A stretch of DNA of 64,000 nt from Candidatus Kaiserbacteria bacterium RIFCSPHIGHO2_02_FULL_49_34 (GCA_001781205.1 MFLE01000025.1:87300-151299), one strand, 5' to 3'. Positions 9,104-19,419 are shown, counted from the stretch's first letter. The notes: generated by a model not told the origin, from the sequence alone. A program made the numbers and translations.

Positions 9104-10906
9104 CTATGCTGTTTGCCTCATTCGTACAATATAGATAAGAGTTAAGAGAGCAACGAAACCACCAGGTATAACAACATACCAAGGAATGCTACGTCCATTG
9201 AACGGAAGCCCTGTATTCGGCAGGCTTGGAACACTCGCGCCTACAATAACGGTGGCAATCGCATAATCTTTTGCAGTTAATCCGTTCGCCTCGCCGCTCG
9301 CAGAGATAGTGTTCACGGTTGTTTGAGTGAGGTATGCGTGACAGACATATACCCATGTTTCATTGGGATCAAGCTTTCCATCCCCATTTGTATCGCCAGA
9401 AATATATGTTACGGGGCTGCACTTATCATCGCTAAGCTTGACATTAGAGAGTGCGACCGTTCCTGGGTTAGTGACCTTATTTGCGTACACAACATTACCT
9501 CCGCCAACGGGAAGCACTATAGGGCTAGGAACCTTTGTTACCTTGATTAAAGGTGGCACGGAAGAAAGTCCAACAACAACAGTTGCCTGTGCAATATCAG
9601 TCGCACTAATACCGTTTGCCCATCCTGTTGCCGTAATAATGTTTGTGTGTGTTTTTGAGAGTGTCGTTGTACACGTATATTCCCACACCTCATCAACCTC
9701 GAGTCTTTGGTTGAGATTAAGGTCACCAGAAATCAATGTAATAGGGCTACAGGTATCGCCAACCATGGTTATATCATTCACGGGAACGGTTCCGATGTTA
9801 CTGAGTGTATAGGTATAGGTTACTGGTCCAGGACCATTCGGTAATGTGAGTGGACTTGGCACCTTCACCACCTCAATGAGCGGCGGTACAACAGAAGAAT
9901 ACGAGCCACTGCTTCCTCCACTACTCGGTACTGGAGCAACGACGGCCGCAATATCATTGTTGGTGACCGTACATGTCTTCACATCTCCGGCAGCCAGTGT
10001 TATTGTGCCGTCTGAAGCACAATCACCACCAAAGGTTGTCGCATAGCCAGAATCAGAAGTCTCTGTAACGGTATGCGTTCCTGCGGTAGTCGTTGTTGCC
10101 ACACCGGATGTTACACTTGCACCGTTAAGAAAGAGGGGGAAGTCAGCAATTACTTTCGTGCCGCCGTTGTCATTAACAACCACTTTGTTTACGACAAGTT
10201 GTGGCGGATCTTCACATGTTGGTTCAGAAATAGTAGTATTGAGCAATGTTACATCGCCACCGAGCGCTAACGCCCTACCATTCAAGGTAACGCCGGAACC
10301 AAAGTGGACACCGGTTCCTGCAATGATTGTTCCCACAAACGAAGAGCCGTTGATGGTTGCGAGTGAAGCAACTTGCCAATACACGTCACAAGCTCGAGCA
10401 CCATTGATGAGATTTACAGAACCAGACGATATAAAATCGCTTGATGCTCTAAATATATAGATACCCGGGCCATCGAGCGTGAGTACTCCGCCGTTTAATC
10501 GTCCTGCGCCGATGTCATAGACACCCGTCGTACGAGTTTCTCCATCAAGAGCAGGGCCAATGCTTGCTGTTGAAGCCTGACCTGTCATGTTATCGTTCGC
10601 GGTTGAAAGATTTGCTTGTACCGATGCCGATAAAATAGCGGTACTTGGCGCAACACCATCAGTAGAGTATATGGTGCCACCAACCATTGCGTCCGTTAAG
10701 TCGGTAATCCCAGCGCCAGTGCTGTTTATACCAACATCACCAGAAATGGTACCCGTTCCCGTAATTGCTGTTTGTGCAATGATAGAAAAAGGTTCTGCAG
10801 CGCCCAAACCTGGGTCTGTTGCCGCATGAGTAGTAGTAGGCACTACCATACCAAACAGCAGCGCAATACCAAGTAATGCCGCTGAAAGCTTATTAATTTT
10901 CTGCAT
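9104..10906 (-). CDS. Secreted DUF3494 (ice-binding-like) protein with Ig-like repeats and an LPxTG sorting signal
   Basis: Signal peptide; DUF3494 motifs (VYWQVAS.AT, F.GTIIA, LNGRALA); two DUF11/DUF7507-like repeats; LPNTG followed by a TM and a basic tail. Confidence 0.85.
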   Translation of the reverse strand: MQKINKLSAALLGIALLFGMVVPTTTHAATDPGLGAAEPFSIIAQTAITGTGTISGDVGINSTGAGITDLTDAMVGGTIYSTDGVAPSTAILSASVQANLSTANDNMTGQASTASIGPALDGETRTTGVYDIGAGRLNGGVLTLDGPGIYIFRASSDFISSGSVNLINGARACDVYWQVASLATINGSSFVGTIIAGTGVHFGSGVTLNGRALALGGDVTLLNTTISEPTCEDPPQLVVNKVVVNDNGGTKVIADFPLFLNGASVTSGVATTTTAGTHTVTETSDSGYATTFGGDCASDGTITLAAGDVKTCTVTNNDIAAVVAPVPSSGGSSGSYSSVVPPLIEVVKVPSPLTLPNGPGPVTYTYTLSNIGTVPVNDITMVGDTCSPITLISGDLNLNQRLEVDEVWEYTCTTTLSKTHTNIITATGWANGISATDIAQATVVVGLSSVPPLIKVTKVPSPIVLPVGGGNVVYANKVTNPGTVALSNVKLSDDKCSPVTYISGDTNGDGKLDPNETWVYVCHAYLTQTTVNTISASGEANGLTAKDYAIATVIVGASVPSLPNTGLPFNGRSIPWYVVIPGGFVALLTLIYIVRMRQTA

Positions 10907-11267
10907 AGATATTTATGTTGTTAAATATATTCATCAAGTAGCGTTTACTCACGATACAAAACAATATATGCCTCAGAGGGGTTGGTGATTCTAGATCCTT
11001 ACTTACCATTCTACGCATCATTAGTATCTTTGCAATGTGGATAACTCCCCAGACCCACAACCAGACATATTAATTTTGTGTGTGTTTTAAAAACATATCA
11101 CTCTGTATTATCTCTGTGGTCACGATCGCTAAGGTATTTTGTGAGCTGCGCTCATAAAATACTAGGCGTCCCGACCCGGGCGTATGCGATTTTTCTGCCC
11201 TAGGAAAGGGGCAGAAAAATATCGCTCCGCCTGGCACAGAGGCCGAAGGCGAAGCAGTTCGCCTTCT

Positions 11268-11312
11268 AAAAAGAATACACATCAGACATTCGTCTGATGT
11301 GTATTCTTTTTA
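11268..11312 (-). terminator. Terminator hairpin downstream of tRNA-Arg
   Basis: aaaagaatacacatcagac-attc-gtctgatgtgtattctttt. Confidence 0.75.
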
Positions 11313-11318
11313 CCTCTG

Positions 11319-11390
11319 TGCCCCCAGCCGGAATCGAACCAGCATTTTTCCCTTAGGACGGGATTGTTCTATCCATTGAACTATGGAGGC
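11319..11390 (-). tRNA. tRNA-Arg(CCT)
   Basis: Minus strand gcctcca...tgggggc-a; anticodon loop gtCCTaa; T-loop ttcgatt. Confidence 0.9.
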
Positions 11391-11431
11391 GTGAGCGCTT
11401 GCGCGCTGTTTTTCTGAGTTTGTTTGTGTTG

Positions 11432-12469
11432 CTACGCAACAATGGCGCCGCCGAGGCACTCATTATCTTTTGTGTAGAAGACTACGGATTGACCACGGGC
11501 AGGGCGTTCGGTTTGTGTTGGGGTGGTGAGGGTGTTGCCGTGGAGCGTAACTTCGAATGGCTCTTGGCGGTAGCGGAATTGGGCAAGCATTTTCTCTTGA
11601 GGGGTATTGACCCAGGAGATGTTGGTGAGGAGTATTCCCTCGCCTTCTTCTATTCTTGGTGCAGCAGTGCCGACGGTGATGGTATTTGCTTCAATATCTT
11701 TTGCGATGACGTAGTGAGGCTGTTCGTGTGTTGTTGCTGCATCAATGGTGAAGCCGTGACGCTGGCCGTAGGTGTAGATGAGTGCGCCATTGTGGGTACC
11801 GATTTTTTCGCCCGACTCATTCAGCACTGCACCTGGCACAAGTGTTGTGTAGTGTGACAAAAATTCTTCAATATCAACGTGTCCGAGGAAGCAGATGCCT
11901 TGGCTGTCTTTCTTTTCCGCGACAGGCACATTGTGTGCGAGCGCATATTCGCGAACCTGTGGTTTTGGAAGATGTCCAACCGGAAACATGGTGTGCGCCA
12001 AGTCATCACTCGTAAGCTGCCAAAGGAAGTATGACTGGTCTTTGTTAGCATCGTTACCGCGCGCAAGCTGCGGCACGCCATTGTCATCTTTCAAAACCTG
12101 CGCATAATGCCCTGTTGCGATAAAGTCCGCACCGCGCGCTTTGGCAAATTCCCAAAACACGCCAAACTTCACATGACGGTTACACATCACATCAGGGTTC
12201 GGCGTATTGCCTTTGAGGTACTCCGCAATCATGTATTCGCCAACAGCAGTTTTGTACGCTTCTTCGGCGTCGCAGGTAAGGAACGGGATTTCGAGCGATG
12301 CCGCAACACGCATTGCGTCGAGTCGTTCTTGCTCCCAATTACACACGAGAAAGTCCGGTTGCCATGTCTTAATAAACACGCCAACAACCTCATGCCCCTG
12401 TGCCTTGAGCATGTGCGCCGATACCGACGAATCAACACCTCCCGAAAGTCCTACAAATACTTTTGCCAT
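11432..12469 (-). CDS. mnmA: tRNA 2-thiouridylase MnmA
   Basis: SGGVDS, TPNPDVMCN, ATGHYA, KDQSYFL and KDSQGICF motifs. Confidence 0.97.
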   Translation of the reverse strand: MAKVFVGLSGGVDSSVSAHMLKAQGHEVVGVFIKTWQPDFLVCNWEQERLDAMRVAASLEIPFLTCDAEEAYKTAVGEYMIAEYLKGNTPNPDVMCNRHVKFGVFWEFAKARGADFIATGHYAQVLKDDNGVPQLARGNDANKDQSYFLWQLTSDDLAHTMFPVGHLPKPQVREYALAHNVPVAEKKDSQGICFLGHVDIEEFLSHYTTLVPGAVLNESGEKIGTHNGALIYTYGQRHGFTIDAATTHEQPHYVIAKDIEANTITVGTAAPRIEEGEGILLTNISWVNTPQEKMLAQFRYRQEPFEVTLHGNTLTTPTQTERPARGQSVVFYTKDNECLGGAIVA

Positions 12470-12597
12470 ATTATCTATTGATACCCACACCATACACCAA
12501 AACATCTCGTTCTGCCATCACCTAGAAATCAACACTTGCAAATGTGTGGATTATGGTATACTTGTACGAATGAGTGTCTTGAACGCCATCATACACT

Positions 12598-13287
12598 ATG
12601 GACACAACACCAATTCTCGCAACCATCAACACTGCCGCGACCGCTATCGGCGCGCTCTATTGTTTGGTGCTCGCCACCATCATTGCATTGCGCGGCATGA
12701 AAGGACTATTTGAGCGTATTGTATTTGCAATATGTCTCGTGTTTGCGCTTCGTTCAGTACTGATATGGCTTGGCACCACATTTTCATGGGTTGGCTATTA
12801 TCATATCCCGGCTTCTCTCAGCATTATCGGCGCAACGCTTCTCGCGATTCTGCCATTCATACTTTTCTCACGCAAACTACAACTCTTTCCAAGCATCCTT
12901 ATACTTATCGGTATCGCAACGACCTTACTTATGGTGACCCCCGATATGATCTACGGTCAAACATACTTCGCGGCGACAGGTTTTCCTGTTCTGACATTCG
13001 GACCATTCATTAATGTGTATCGTATTGTACTCTCCACTCTTCTGATTGTTCCTCTTATTGTCTACTTGATTCATAATCGTCACCGCCACACACATGACAT
13101 GCGCACGGTTGCGAATACGCTTTTCGTCGGCCAGAGTATCTATAGTGCTTTTGTCATTGCAAGCACGGTTGTACTTCCTATTTTCAGTATTACCTCACTC
13201 ACCTACTATAATACTCTTGTTGGCATTGCGATTATCGCTTCATGCTTCACGGTTGTTATCACACATCCGCACGCGTACCGCTCATAG
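12598..13287 (+). CDS. Multi-pass membrane protein resembling a stand-alone HisKA_7TM N-terminal sensor region
   Basis: About seven hydrophobic segments with a P....G...GP loop; no kinase domain follows. Family assignment is tentative. Confidence 0.5.
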   Translation: MDTTPILATINTAATAIGALYCLVLATIIALRGMKGLFERIVFAICLVFALRSVLIWLGTTFSWVGYYHIPASLSIIGATLLAILPFILFSRKLQLFPSILILIGIATTLLMVTPDMIYGQTYFAATGFPVLTFGPFINVYRIVLSTLLIVPLIVYLIHNRHRHTHDMRTVANTLFVGQSIYSAFVIASTVVLPIFSITSLTYYNTLVGIAIIASCFTVVITHPHAYRS

Positions 13288-13294
13288 CTTCAGC

Positions 13295-14386
13295 CTATTC
13301 ATCATCACTCTCCATGCGTGTTGGTTTTTCTATGAGAAGCGCCTCCGAATCCATTGCGGTACCGGTTATTTTCATGACGTCTTTGTCGATTTTACCAAAC
13401 TCTTTTTGTGCCGAGTTATAGTGGTTCACCGTCGTCTCAAGCGATTTACCGAGCTTTGACGTATAGTCCTCATATGCCTTCAGGTGGCGTGAGAGTGCTT
13501 CGACATGCTTACCAATCTGCTTTGCAGACTCTTCTATTTTGAAGGCACGGAAACCATAGAGGACAGATTGGAGATATGCGGAGAAAGTGGTTGGCGAAAC
13601 AATGATGACGTTCTTATCTTTGTAGGCATATTCAAGGAGTGAGCGCGTATTCACTTTCACCGCACCAACTTCGTTGACCATAAGGTCATAGTAGATGCCT
13701 TCGGCGGGAATGTACATAAACGCAAACGGGAGGGTTCCCTCTTTTGGGCGAATATACTTCGCGGTTTCGTCGATGCGGACGCGGAGGTCTTTGATGAAAT
13801 CGCGCTCATACTGTTCACGCTCAGCGTCGGTCTGCGCCGCGATAAGTCGCTCGTAGTTGTCGAGTGAAAACTTCGAGTCAATCGGCACAAGTCCTTCGGG
13901 AGTATGAATGACGGCATCAACCACGGCGTTGTCTTTAAATGGATACTGCATCGTATAGGATCCGGGAGGGAGAATATTTTCGAGCGCTAGTTTGAGCGAT
14001 GCTTCACCGAGATTACCGCGCTGCTTTTGATGCTTGAGCACTTTTTCGAGATTGTTGAGCTGGTCGGCAATCGTAAATACCTGTTTCGAGGATTCCGAAA
14101 CTTCGGCGACACCTTTGACGACATGCATGAGTCGCTCGTTCATTTCCTTGTTTATCCTTGTGATAAAATCCTGACTCTCACGAAACTGCGACTGTACTGA
14201 GCGGTGCATTTTGTCGGAACTATCACTTAGACGCACATCCATAGTTTTCGTAAGTTGCTGAAGCTGCTGTTGCAGCATAAGCATCCCCTGCACATCATTC
14301 TCCTTTTCCTCTTTCCGGAAGAAAAATACATAGACAAGTATTCCTAAAATTGCCACAAGAAGGGCGATAATCACAGTTGTATTCAT
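13295..14386 (-). CDS. rmuC: DNA recombination protein RmuC
   Basis: RGNLGE..L, PIDSKF, FAFMYIPAEGIY and SPTT motifs. Confidence 0.93.
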   Translation of the reverse strand: MNTTVIIALLVAILGILVYVFFFRKEEKENDVQGMLMLQQQLQQLTKTMDVRLSDSSDKMHRSVQSQFRESQDFITRINKEMNERLMHVVKGVAEVSESSKQVFTIADQLNNLEKVLKHQKQRGNLGEASLKLALENILPPGSYTMQYPFKDNAVVDAVIHTPEGLVPIDSKFSLDNYERLIAAQTDAEREQYERDFIKDLRVRIDETAKYIRPKEGTLPFAFMYIPAEGIYYDLMVNEVGAVKVNTRSLLEYAYKDKNVIIVSPTTFSAYLQSVLYGFRAFKIEESAKQIGKHVEALSRHLKAYEDYTSKLGKSLETTVNHYNSAQKEFGKIDKDVMKITGTAMDSEALLIEKPTRMESDDE

Positions 14387-14426
14387 ATGCTGGTTAGTAT
14401 ATCATGAAAGGTATCCAGACACCTCA

Positions 14427-14544
14427 CGTCGTGATAAAACTTTCAGATTTTGAGGCAAAAGTCCGAGCTGGAGACTGAGCCGAACTCTGTTCGGCTCAGT
14501 CGAAGTGAAGGCTTTTGACCGAAATATGGAAGTTTTAGCCGACG
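14427..14544. repeat. Long imperfect palindromic intergenic element
   Basis: Inner perfect stem gactgagccgaac-tct-gttcggctcagtc; imperfect outer arms. Confidence 0.7.
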
Positions 14545-14614
14545 AGACTATAATCACGCAAGAACTCACTTATTAGTATTACCTACCTGCGGTGAGGGGT
14601 TTGGACACCTTTTT

Positions 14615-15067
14615 ATGTTACACGAAGAAATTAAGGGTGCCCTCAAGGACGCCATGAAAGCGCGCGACGAGGTTCGTTTGCGTACGGTTCGCTCAATGCT
14701 GACCGCATTTATGAATGAGCTCGTTGCCACCGGCAAGAAGCCACAAGAAATGCTCGACGACTCAGGCGTACTTGCAGTGATTAAGCGCCTTGCCAAGCAG
14801 CGCAAGGACTCTATCGAGCAATTCACCGCGGCCGGCCGCGACGAACTCGCGCAGGTTGAAAAAGACGAGCTTGCCGTGCTTGAAACCTACCTTCCAACAC
14901 TCATGTCACGCGACGCAATTCGTCCAATTGCTGCCGCAAAAATCGCCGAACTCGGTGTTGTCGACAAATCAAAAATGGGTCTTATTGTCGGCTCCCTCAT
15001 GAAAGACCTCGCCGGTCAAGCAGACGGCGGTGACGTAAAATCAGTTATCGAGGAACTCCTTGCATAA
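14615..15067 (+). CDS. GatB/YqeY domain protein
   Basis: LKDAMKARD, KQRKDSIEQF..AGR and YLP motifs. Confidence 0.92.
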   Translation: MLHEEIKGALKDAMKARDEVRLRTVRSMLTAFMNELVATGKKPQEMLDDSGVLAVIKRLAKQRKDSIEQFTAAGRDELAQVEKDELAVLETYLPTLMSRDAIRPIAAAKIAELGVVDKSKMGLIVGSLMKDLAGQADGGDVKSVIEELLA

Positions 15068-15103
15068 CCATAAAATCACCCCTCCAGTACTGGAGGGGTG
15101 ATT

Positions 15104-15448
15104 TTATCGTCGAGCCTTTGCGGCGAGAACGAGTGCGATGACAAGAATCGGAATGTCGCGGAAAAGGATGTCAAACTGAGAGAGATTGAACAGAATGATG
15201 CCACCAAGCATTACTGCTGCGGCACTAGTAGGAATAAATATTTTCTTGCCCGAGAGTATCCAGAGAGCGAGGACAAACTCAACAAAACCAAATGTATGCA
15301 AAAGTGTGAGTGATGAAATTCCAAAAGATACCGCCCCGCTGAGTATAAATGGAGGGAAATACCCAATCCATGCGTAGGGGTTCTGCAACGCGCTCAGTGC
15401 CGGATACATGAGACTAAACGCGAGCGCAATACGAAGCGCGAGAATCAT
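15104..15448 (-). CDS. DoxX-like small membrane protein
   Basis: LRIALAF, NP.AWIGYFP and ILFRDI; four TM segments. Confidence 0.65.
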   Translation of the reverse strand: MILALRIALAFSLMYPALSALQNPYAWIGYFPPFILSGAVSFGISSLTLLHTFGFVEFVLALWILSGKKIFIPTSAAAVMLGGIILFNLSQFDILFRDIPILVIALVLAAKARR

Positions 15449-15451
15449 AGG

Positions 15452-15946
15452 CTATTCGGTTACTATAATCGTCCCCGTATTACTGACCTTGAGGTGGTCG
15501 TGGTATCGCCAGGTGCCAACTTCGGTAAAGGTAAATGCGTAGGCATCGCCACTTGCGAAAGGACGACATGCGTCGAATATCATAGACGTATCGGCTTCGG
15601 TACACTTTTTGATGTCAGACCCAGGGTATACGGTATGGGTTGGATGCATGCCAGTTGCTGGCCACATGTCAGCAGTCGTGTTGTTAATCCAGACGACACG
15701 ATCACCCACCTTAATGGTGAGCTCTTGGGGTGAGAACCCATCCACGGTATAGGTGACGGTATGTACCTCTTGGTTTGTTGCTTCCTGTGACGGTGTCACG
15801 ACTGTTTCTGCTGGCTCTGTTGCAACATCCGCTACAGGCGCCTCTACGACTGGTTCTTGAACAACCTCTGCTTCCGAACGAGTCAGGACGTACATTCCCC
15901 AGCCGAGAATAACAACACCAATGATAATTACTAGTTTCTTATACAT
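15452..15946 (-). CDS. Membrane-anchored cupredoxin/plastocyanin-like protein
   Basis: GFSPQELTIKVGD.V.W.N, HPTH and GTWRYHDH motifs. Confidence 0.8.
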   Translation of the reverse strand: MYKKLVIIIGVVILGWGMYVLTRSEAEVVQEPVVEAPVADVATEPAETVVTPSQEATNQEVHTVTYTVDGFSPQELTIKVGDRVVWINNTTADMWPATGMHPTHTVYPGSDIKKCTEADTSMIFDACRPFASGDAYAFTFTEVGTWRYHDHLKVSNTGTIIVTE

Positions 15947-16114
15947 ACGTACTCTTTGTTAATTGATATAGTCTGAGTATACCACCACTTTCGGTGAGTC
16001 AAAATTTTTATGTAATTCGGCATATAAAAATATTGACATACATGCATCATTCTATATAGTTTGCCCAGAGTCGCTCATGCTGCTTGTTCTTTTGAAACTT
16101 CGAGGGTTACTCAC

Positions 16115-16558
16115 ATGAAAACTAATAACGTAGCAGGTATTCTTGCTGCAGCAGCACTGATAACTGTAGCCGCGCTCGCCTCTGTAGCCGTATTTGCTTT
16201 CTGCAGCGACACTGAGAGCGACTGGATTGCACAGAAACACTCTGGCGGTACAACCTACGTGTACACCGCATACGATCATGCGTATTGCTACGTATACGTA
16301 GGGGACACGGGTGATGTAACCATTGTCGCCCAAGAGTGGCGTGATGGTTTCGAATTTACCCACAAGTCATCTTGGGGAGAGAATGTCGCAAACATGAGGG
16401 AGCTCATGATGCGGCGCCCAACCGTTCCTGCTAATGTAGGCGTCGATACCACGTCAGATTATCGAACGTTCGACGCACAATGTGTCGAACCAGTCAAAAA
16501 ACTTCCAAAAGAGGTGCAGGCAAAATTCGGCGGACTTTTCGGTATTGGCGATAAGTAA
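16115..16558 (+). CDS. Hypothetical exported protein
   Basis: N-terminal hydrophobic segment; own promoter (TTGACA at 16033) and downstream hairpin. Confidence 0.65.
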   Translation: MKTNNVAGILAAAALITVAALASVAVFAFCSDTESDWIAQKHSGGTTYVYTAYDHAYCYVYVGDTGDVTIVAQEWRDGFEFTHKSSWGENVANMRELMMRRPTVPANVGVDTTSDYRTFDAQCVEPVKKLPKEVQAKFGGLFGIGDK

Positions 16559-16620
16559 CTCCGCAAACCCTGTTTGCAAAAAGCGCTCCGTGTGGGCGCT
16601 TTTTCTACTGTCTCTTGAAA

Positions 16621-17283
16621 CTATGTTGTCTTCGGCCAAATATTTGCAGCTGCGGGATAGAGTTTTGTGAGTGGATGTTCGGTGCAATCATGTGGATGTG
16701 CTTTGCAGATATAGCGGCCGTAGAGGACGAGTCCGTTATTGACGTATTTCCAATCTTTTTTCGGTATGAGTTCTTCGAGATCGTGGGATATTTTCTTGAG
16801 ATCCTTATTTTTTGTGAGATTGAGTTTTAGTGCAAAGCGCTTTACGTGCGTATCAGTTGGGATTCCTTCCCAAATCTGAAAGAGATCGCCGAGAATAACA
16901 TGTGCTGTTTTGTAGCCGACGCCGGGGAGTTGTACCAGTTCCTTTTCCGTCTTTGGCACACGTCCACCAAACTTCTCGGCAACAATTTTTGCCGCACCAA
17001 TAATTGCCTTTGTTTTGTTGTTGAAGAAAGGGATACTCCCAATCTCCTTCGCAAATACCGCCGGGTCTGTCTCTGCGAAATCCTTCGCGGTGCGATATTT
17101 CTTGAAAATCTCCTTCGTGACAATATTCACCCGCTTATCCGTACACTGCGCCGAAAGCACCACTGCCACCAAAAACTGAAACTCCGTTTCGTAATCGAGC
17201 TCGCTTTTGACAACAGGATACAGTTTCTTCAACACTCGCACCATCTTCCCCGCTCGCGTTTTCCGTTCTTCAAGTAAATCCAT
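16621..17283 (-). CDS. nth: Endonuclease III
   Basis: LSAQCTDKRVN, HhH motif LPGVGYKTA and DTHV. Confidence 0.93.
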   Translation of the reverse strand: MDLLEERKTRAGKMVRVLKKLYPVVKSELDYETEFQFLVAVVLSAQCTDKRVNIVTKEIFKKYRTAKDFAETDPAVFAKEIGSIPFFNNKTKAIIGAAKIVAEKFGGRVPKTEKELVQLPGVGYKTAHVILGDLFQIWEGIPTDTHVKRFALKLNLTKNKDLKKISHDLEELIPKKDWKYVNNGLVLYGRYICKAHPHDCTEHPLTKLYPAAANIWPKTT

Positions 17284-17433
17284 TGCCCTATCGTACACTA
17301 CTTTGCCACTATTCCTCAAGCCCTAAAGCGTAACCTGTCTCGGGAATACTTGACACCTATAAATAAAGTGCTATAGTTTTATCGTTCGTTCATTATTTTA
17401 TCTGTCCACAGCAACCACAAGAAGGGGCTACGC

Positions 17434-17973
17434 ATGGATACTCACAACAATCACTCCACCGAGACCGACAGCGGGTACCAGTGGGATTACATGGATGACC
17501 TCGATTATTATTATCCTGAGGAACCGCCTAAAATTTCTCATGTCTCCCTGAACGGAGACATCCTTCACAACGACTACAACCCGTTCGAAGACGAAGAAAA
17601 AGAGTTTTGGCTCTGGTACGACAACTGGCATGAGCGTGACGAATACCTCGACGCGCACATGCCGGCACATGTTGGCTCCTCCCTCACACGAGCAGAGCGC
17701 GTTGTCGCCGCCGCAAAGCGAGCGCATAACCACGACGCAGCTCGCGCCAATGCTGAGTTTATGCATGACGTTTCCCTCATCTCCCATATCGAGCATGTCT
17801 CGAGTGGCGAAGAGCGGTACGAGCGCATCAATACGCATTATCAGCATTGGGGTGCCCGGGACGAAAAGTATTATGCAAAACCCAAGCAGGTGGAGCAGAA
17901 ACGCGCTCATCGGAAGCTTCCTCGCAACAAGCGTGAGAGCATCCGCTATATGACGGCAGATCAGCCTGATTAG
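17434..17973 (+). CDS. Hypothetical protein (acidic N-terminus, basic C-terminus)
   Basis: TTGACA/TATAGT promoter, purine-rich SD-like site, terminator near 18005-18033. Confidence 0.65.
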   Translation: MDTHNNHSTETDSGYQWDYMDDLDYYYPEEPPKISHVSLNGDILHNDYNPFEDEEKEFWLWYDNWHERDEYLDAHMPAHVGSSLTRAERVVAAAKRAHNHDAARANAEFMHDVSLISHIEHVSSGEERYERINTHYQHWGARDEKYYAKPKQVEQKRAHRKLPRNKRESIRYMTADQPD

Positions 17974-18083
17974 TACGTCTGCCGCTAGGCGCAGTACATA
18001 AACCCGAACCCCTCACCTGAGGGGTTCTTTTTATGCCCGCAAAGTCTTGACAAAATACTTTTTTAGTGCATAATATTGCCATT

Positions 18084-18737
18084 ATGACACCAATTATGAC
18101 ACATAAGGGTGAATTCCTTCTTTGGGTATTTATCTTGATGGCGGCAATGTATGGCGTGCTCTCAGCGACTAACTTTATTCCGAATGAACGTCCTCTTTCG
18201 TATGTGGTGGAAGAAAGCAATGAGTCAGTCATTGATGAATCGACCGTCAATGAAGTTATTCCGCGCGTAGCAACGAACGTAGCACTCGCAGGTGACGCAA
18301 CGCCGAACCAGATCATTATCGACAAGTTCAAGAAAACGCTCACTGTCAATAATCCGACAACGAGCGACATTGCAACTCTTGATAATTCCCTCCTCACAGG
18401 CGTCGCTCGCTATCCATCGTCCGCGACTATGAACGATGATGGCACTATGCTTATCTTCGGACACTCAAGCCATCTCGCGGTCGTGAAGAACATGAACTTC
18501 CGCGCGTTCAATGACATTGAAGACCTTCTCTGGGGCGACACCATTCGCGTTCGTTCAGATGATTACGAGTATGTCTACCGTGTCGACCGTGTCTATCAGC
18601 TTAAGGCAACCGCCGATTCTATTCCAATGGAACAAGGTATAAAGAAACTCGTCCTCGTGACCTGTAACACCTTCGGCGCAAAGGAAGACCGCTATATTGT
18701 TGAAGCATCATTTGTTGATGCAATAAAGCTCAACTAA
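18084..18737 (+). CDS. Sortase family protein
   Basis: N-terminal TM; IFGHSS, LVLVTC and downstream Arg (EDRYIV). Confidence 0.85.
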   Translation: MTPIMTHKGEFLLWVFILMAAMYGVLSATNFIPNERPLSYVVEESNESVIDESTVNEVIPRVATNVALAGDATPNQIIIDKFKKTLTVNNPTTSDIATLDNSLLTGVARYPSSATMNDDGTMLIFGHSSHLAVVKNMNFRAFNDIEDLLWGDTIRVRSDDYEYVYRVDRVYQLKATADSIPMEQGIKKLVLVTCNTFGAKEDRYIVEASFVDAIKLN

Positions 18738-18777
18738 AAAAATATACCTCCATGAACGGAGGTGTATTTTTTTTTAG

Positions 18778-19419
18778 TTAATCAACACGGACTGATACGG
18801 TTTGTATCTGGATTGGTTTTCCTGTTTCTTGATAGGTCAAGGTTACGTTGTGGATCCCTCGTGAGAGACCTTCGGTTGTACAGACAGCAAACGCTCGCTC
18901 TCCTGCACCAAGTGGCGCTTGGTGGGTCGTTGTTATGCTGCCCTCCCAGTTACATGAGAATGTCCATGCGTTTGTTGCAACCGTTCCGCTATTGTAAACC
19001 ATAGCGCGAATTGCGGGAATCTCATCGCGACTAATTGTTGAACGAGGTACAAAACTTCCGCGCCAGATAGTCCCGAATGCATGATAGCTCATGATTGCAT
19101 GTGCATATTGCGGGATGGTTGCTGCCTGTGTTTTTGGTGCAACGTAGGCACTCTTTGTGAGTGTGCTTTTGGGCGGAACAGGTGCTGCATACGTATTCGG
19201 TACTTCAGAGGTATTTGCAATACCGAGAAGCACTTCACCACGTGCACTTGCTTCGTCATCGGTAACAACAACTGGCTGTGCTCGTTCCGGAATCGCATCA
19301 AACGCCGTCGCTGCATAGCCAATACCACGCACTCCCGCATCAACCACAAACACTGCTGCAGCAAGCGCGAGAATGACCGCAACGCAAAATCCAAGAATCT
19401 GTAATCCAGAATATTTCAT
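18778..19419 (-). CDS. Hypothetical membrane-anchored protein with a C-terminal Ig/CARDB-like domain
   Basis: N-terminal TM; V.N.G....W and LGAGE pattern. Confidence 0.55.
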   Translation of the reverse strand: MKYSGLQILGFCVAVILALAAAVFVVDAGVRGIGYAATAFDAIPERAQPVVVTDDEASARGEVLLGIANTSEVPNTYAAPVPPKSTLTKSAYVAPKTQAATIPQYAHAIMSYHAFGTIWRGSFVPRSTISRDEIPAIRAMVYNSGTVATNAWTFSCNWEGSITTTHQAPLGAGERAFAVCTTEGLSRGIHNVTLTYQETGKPIQIQTVSVRVD

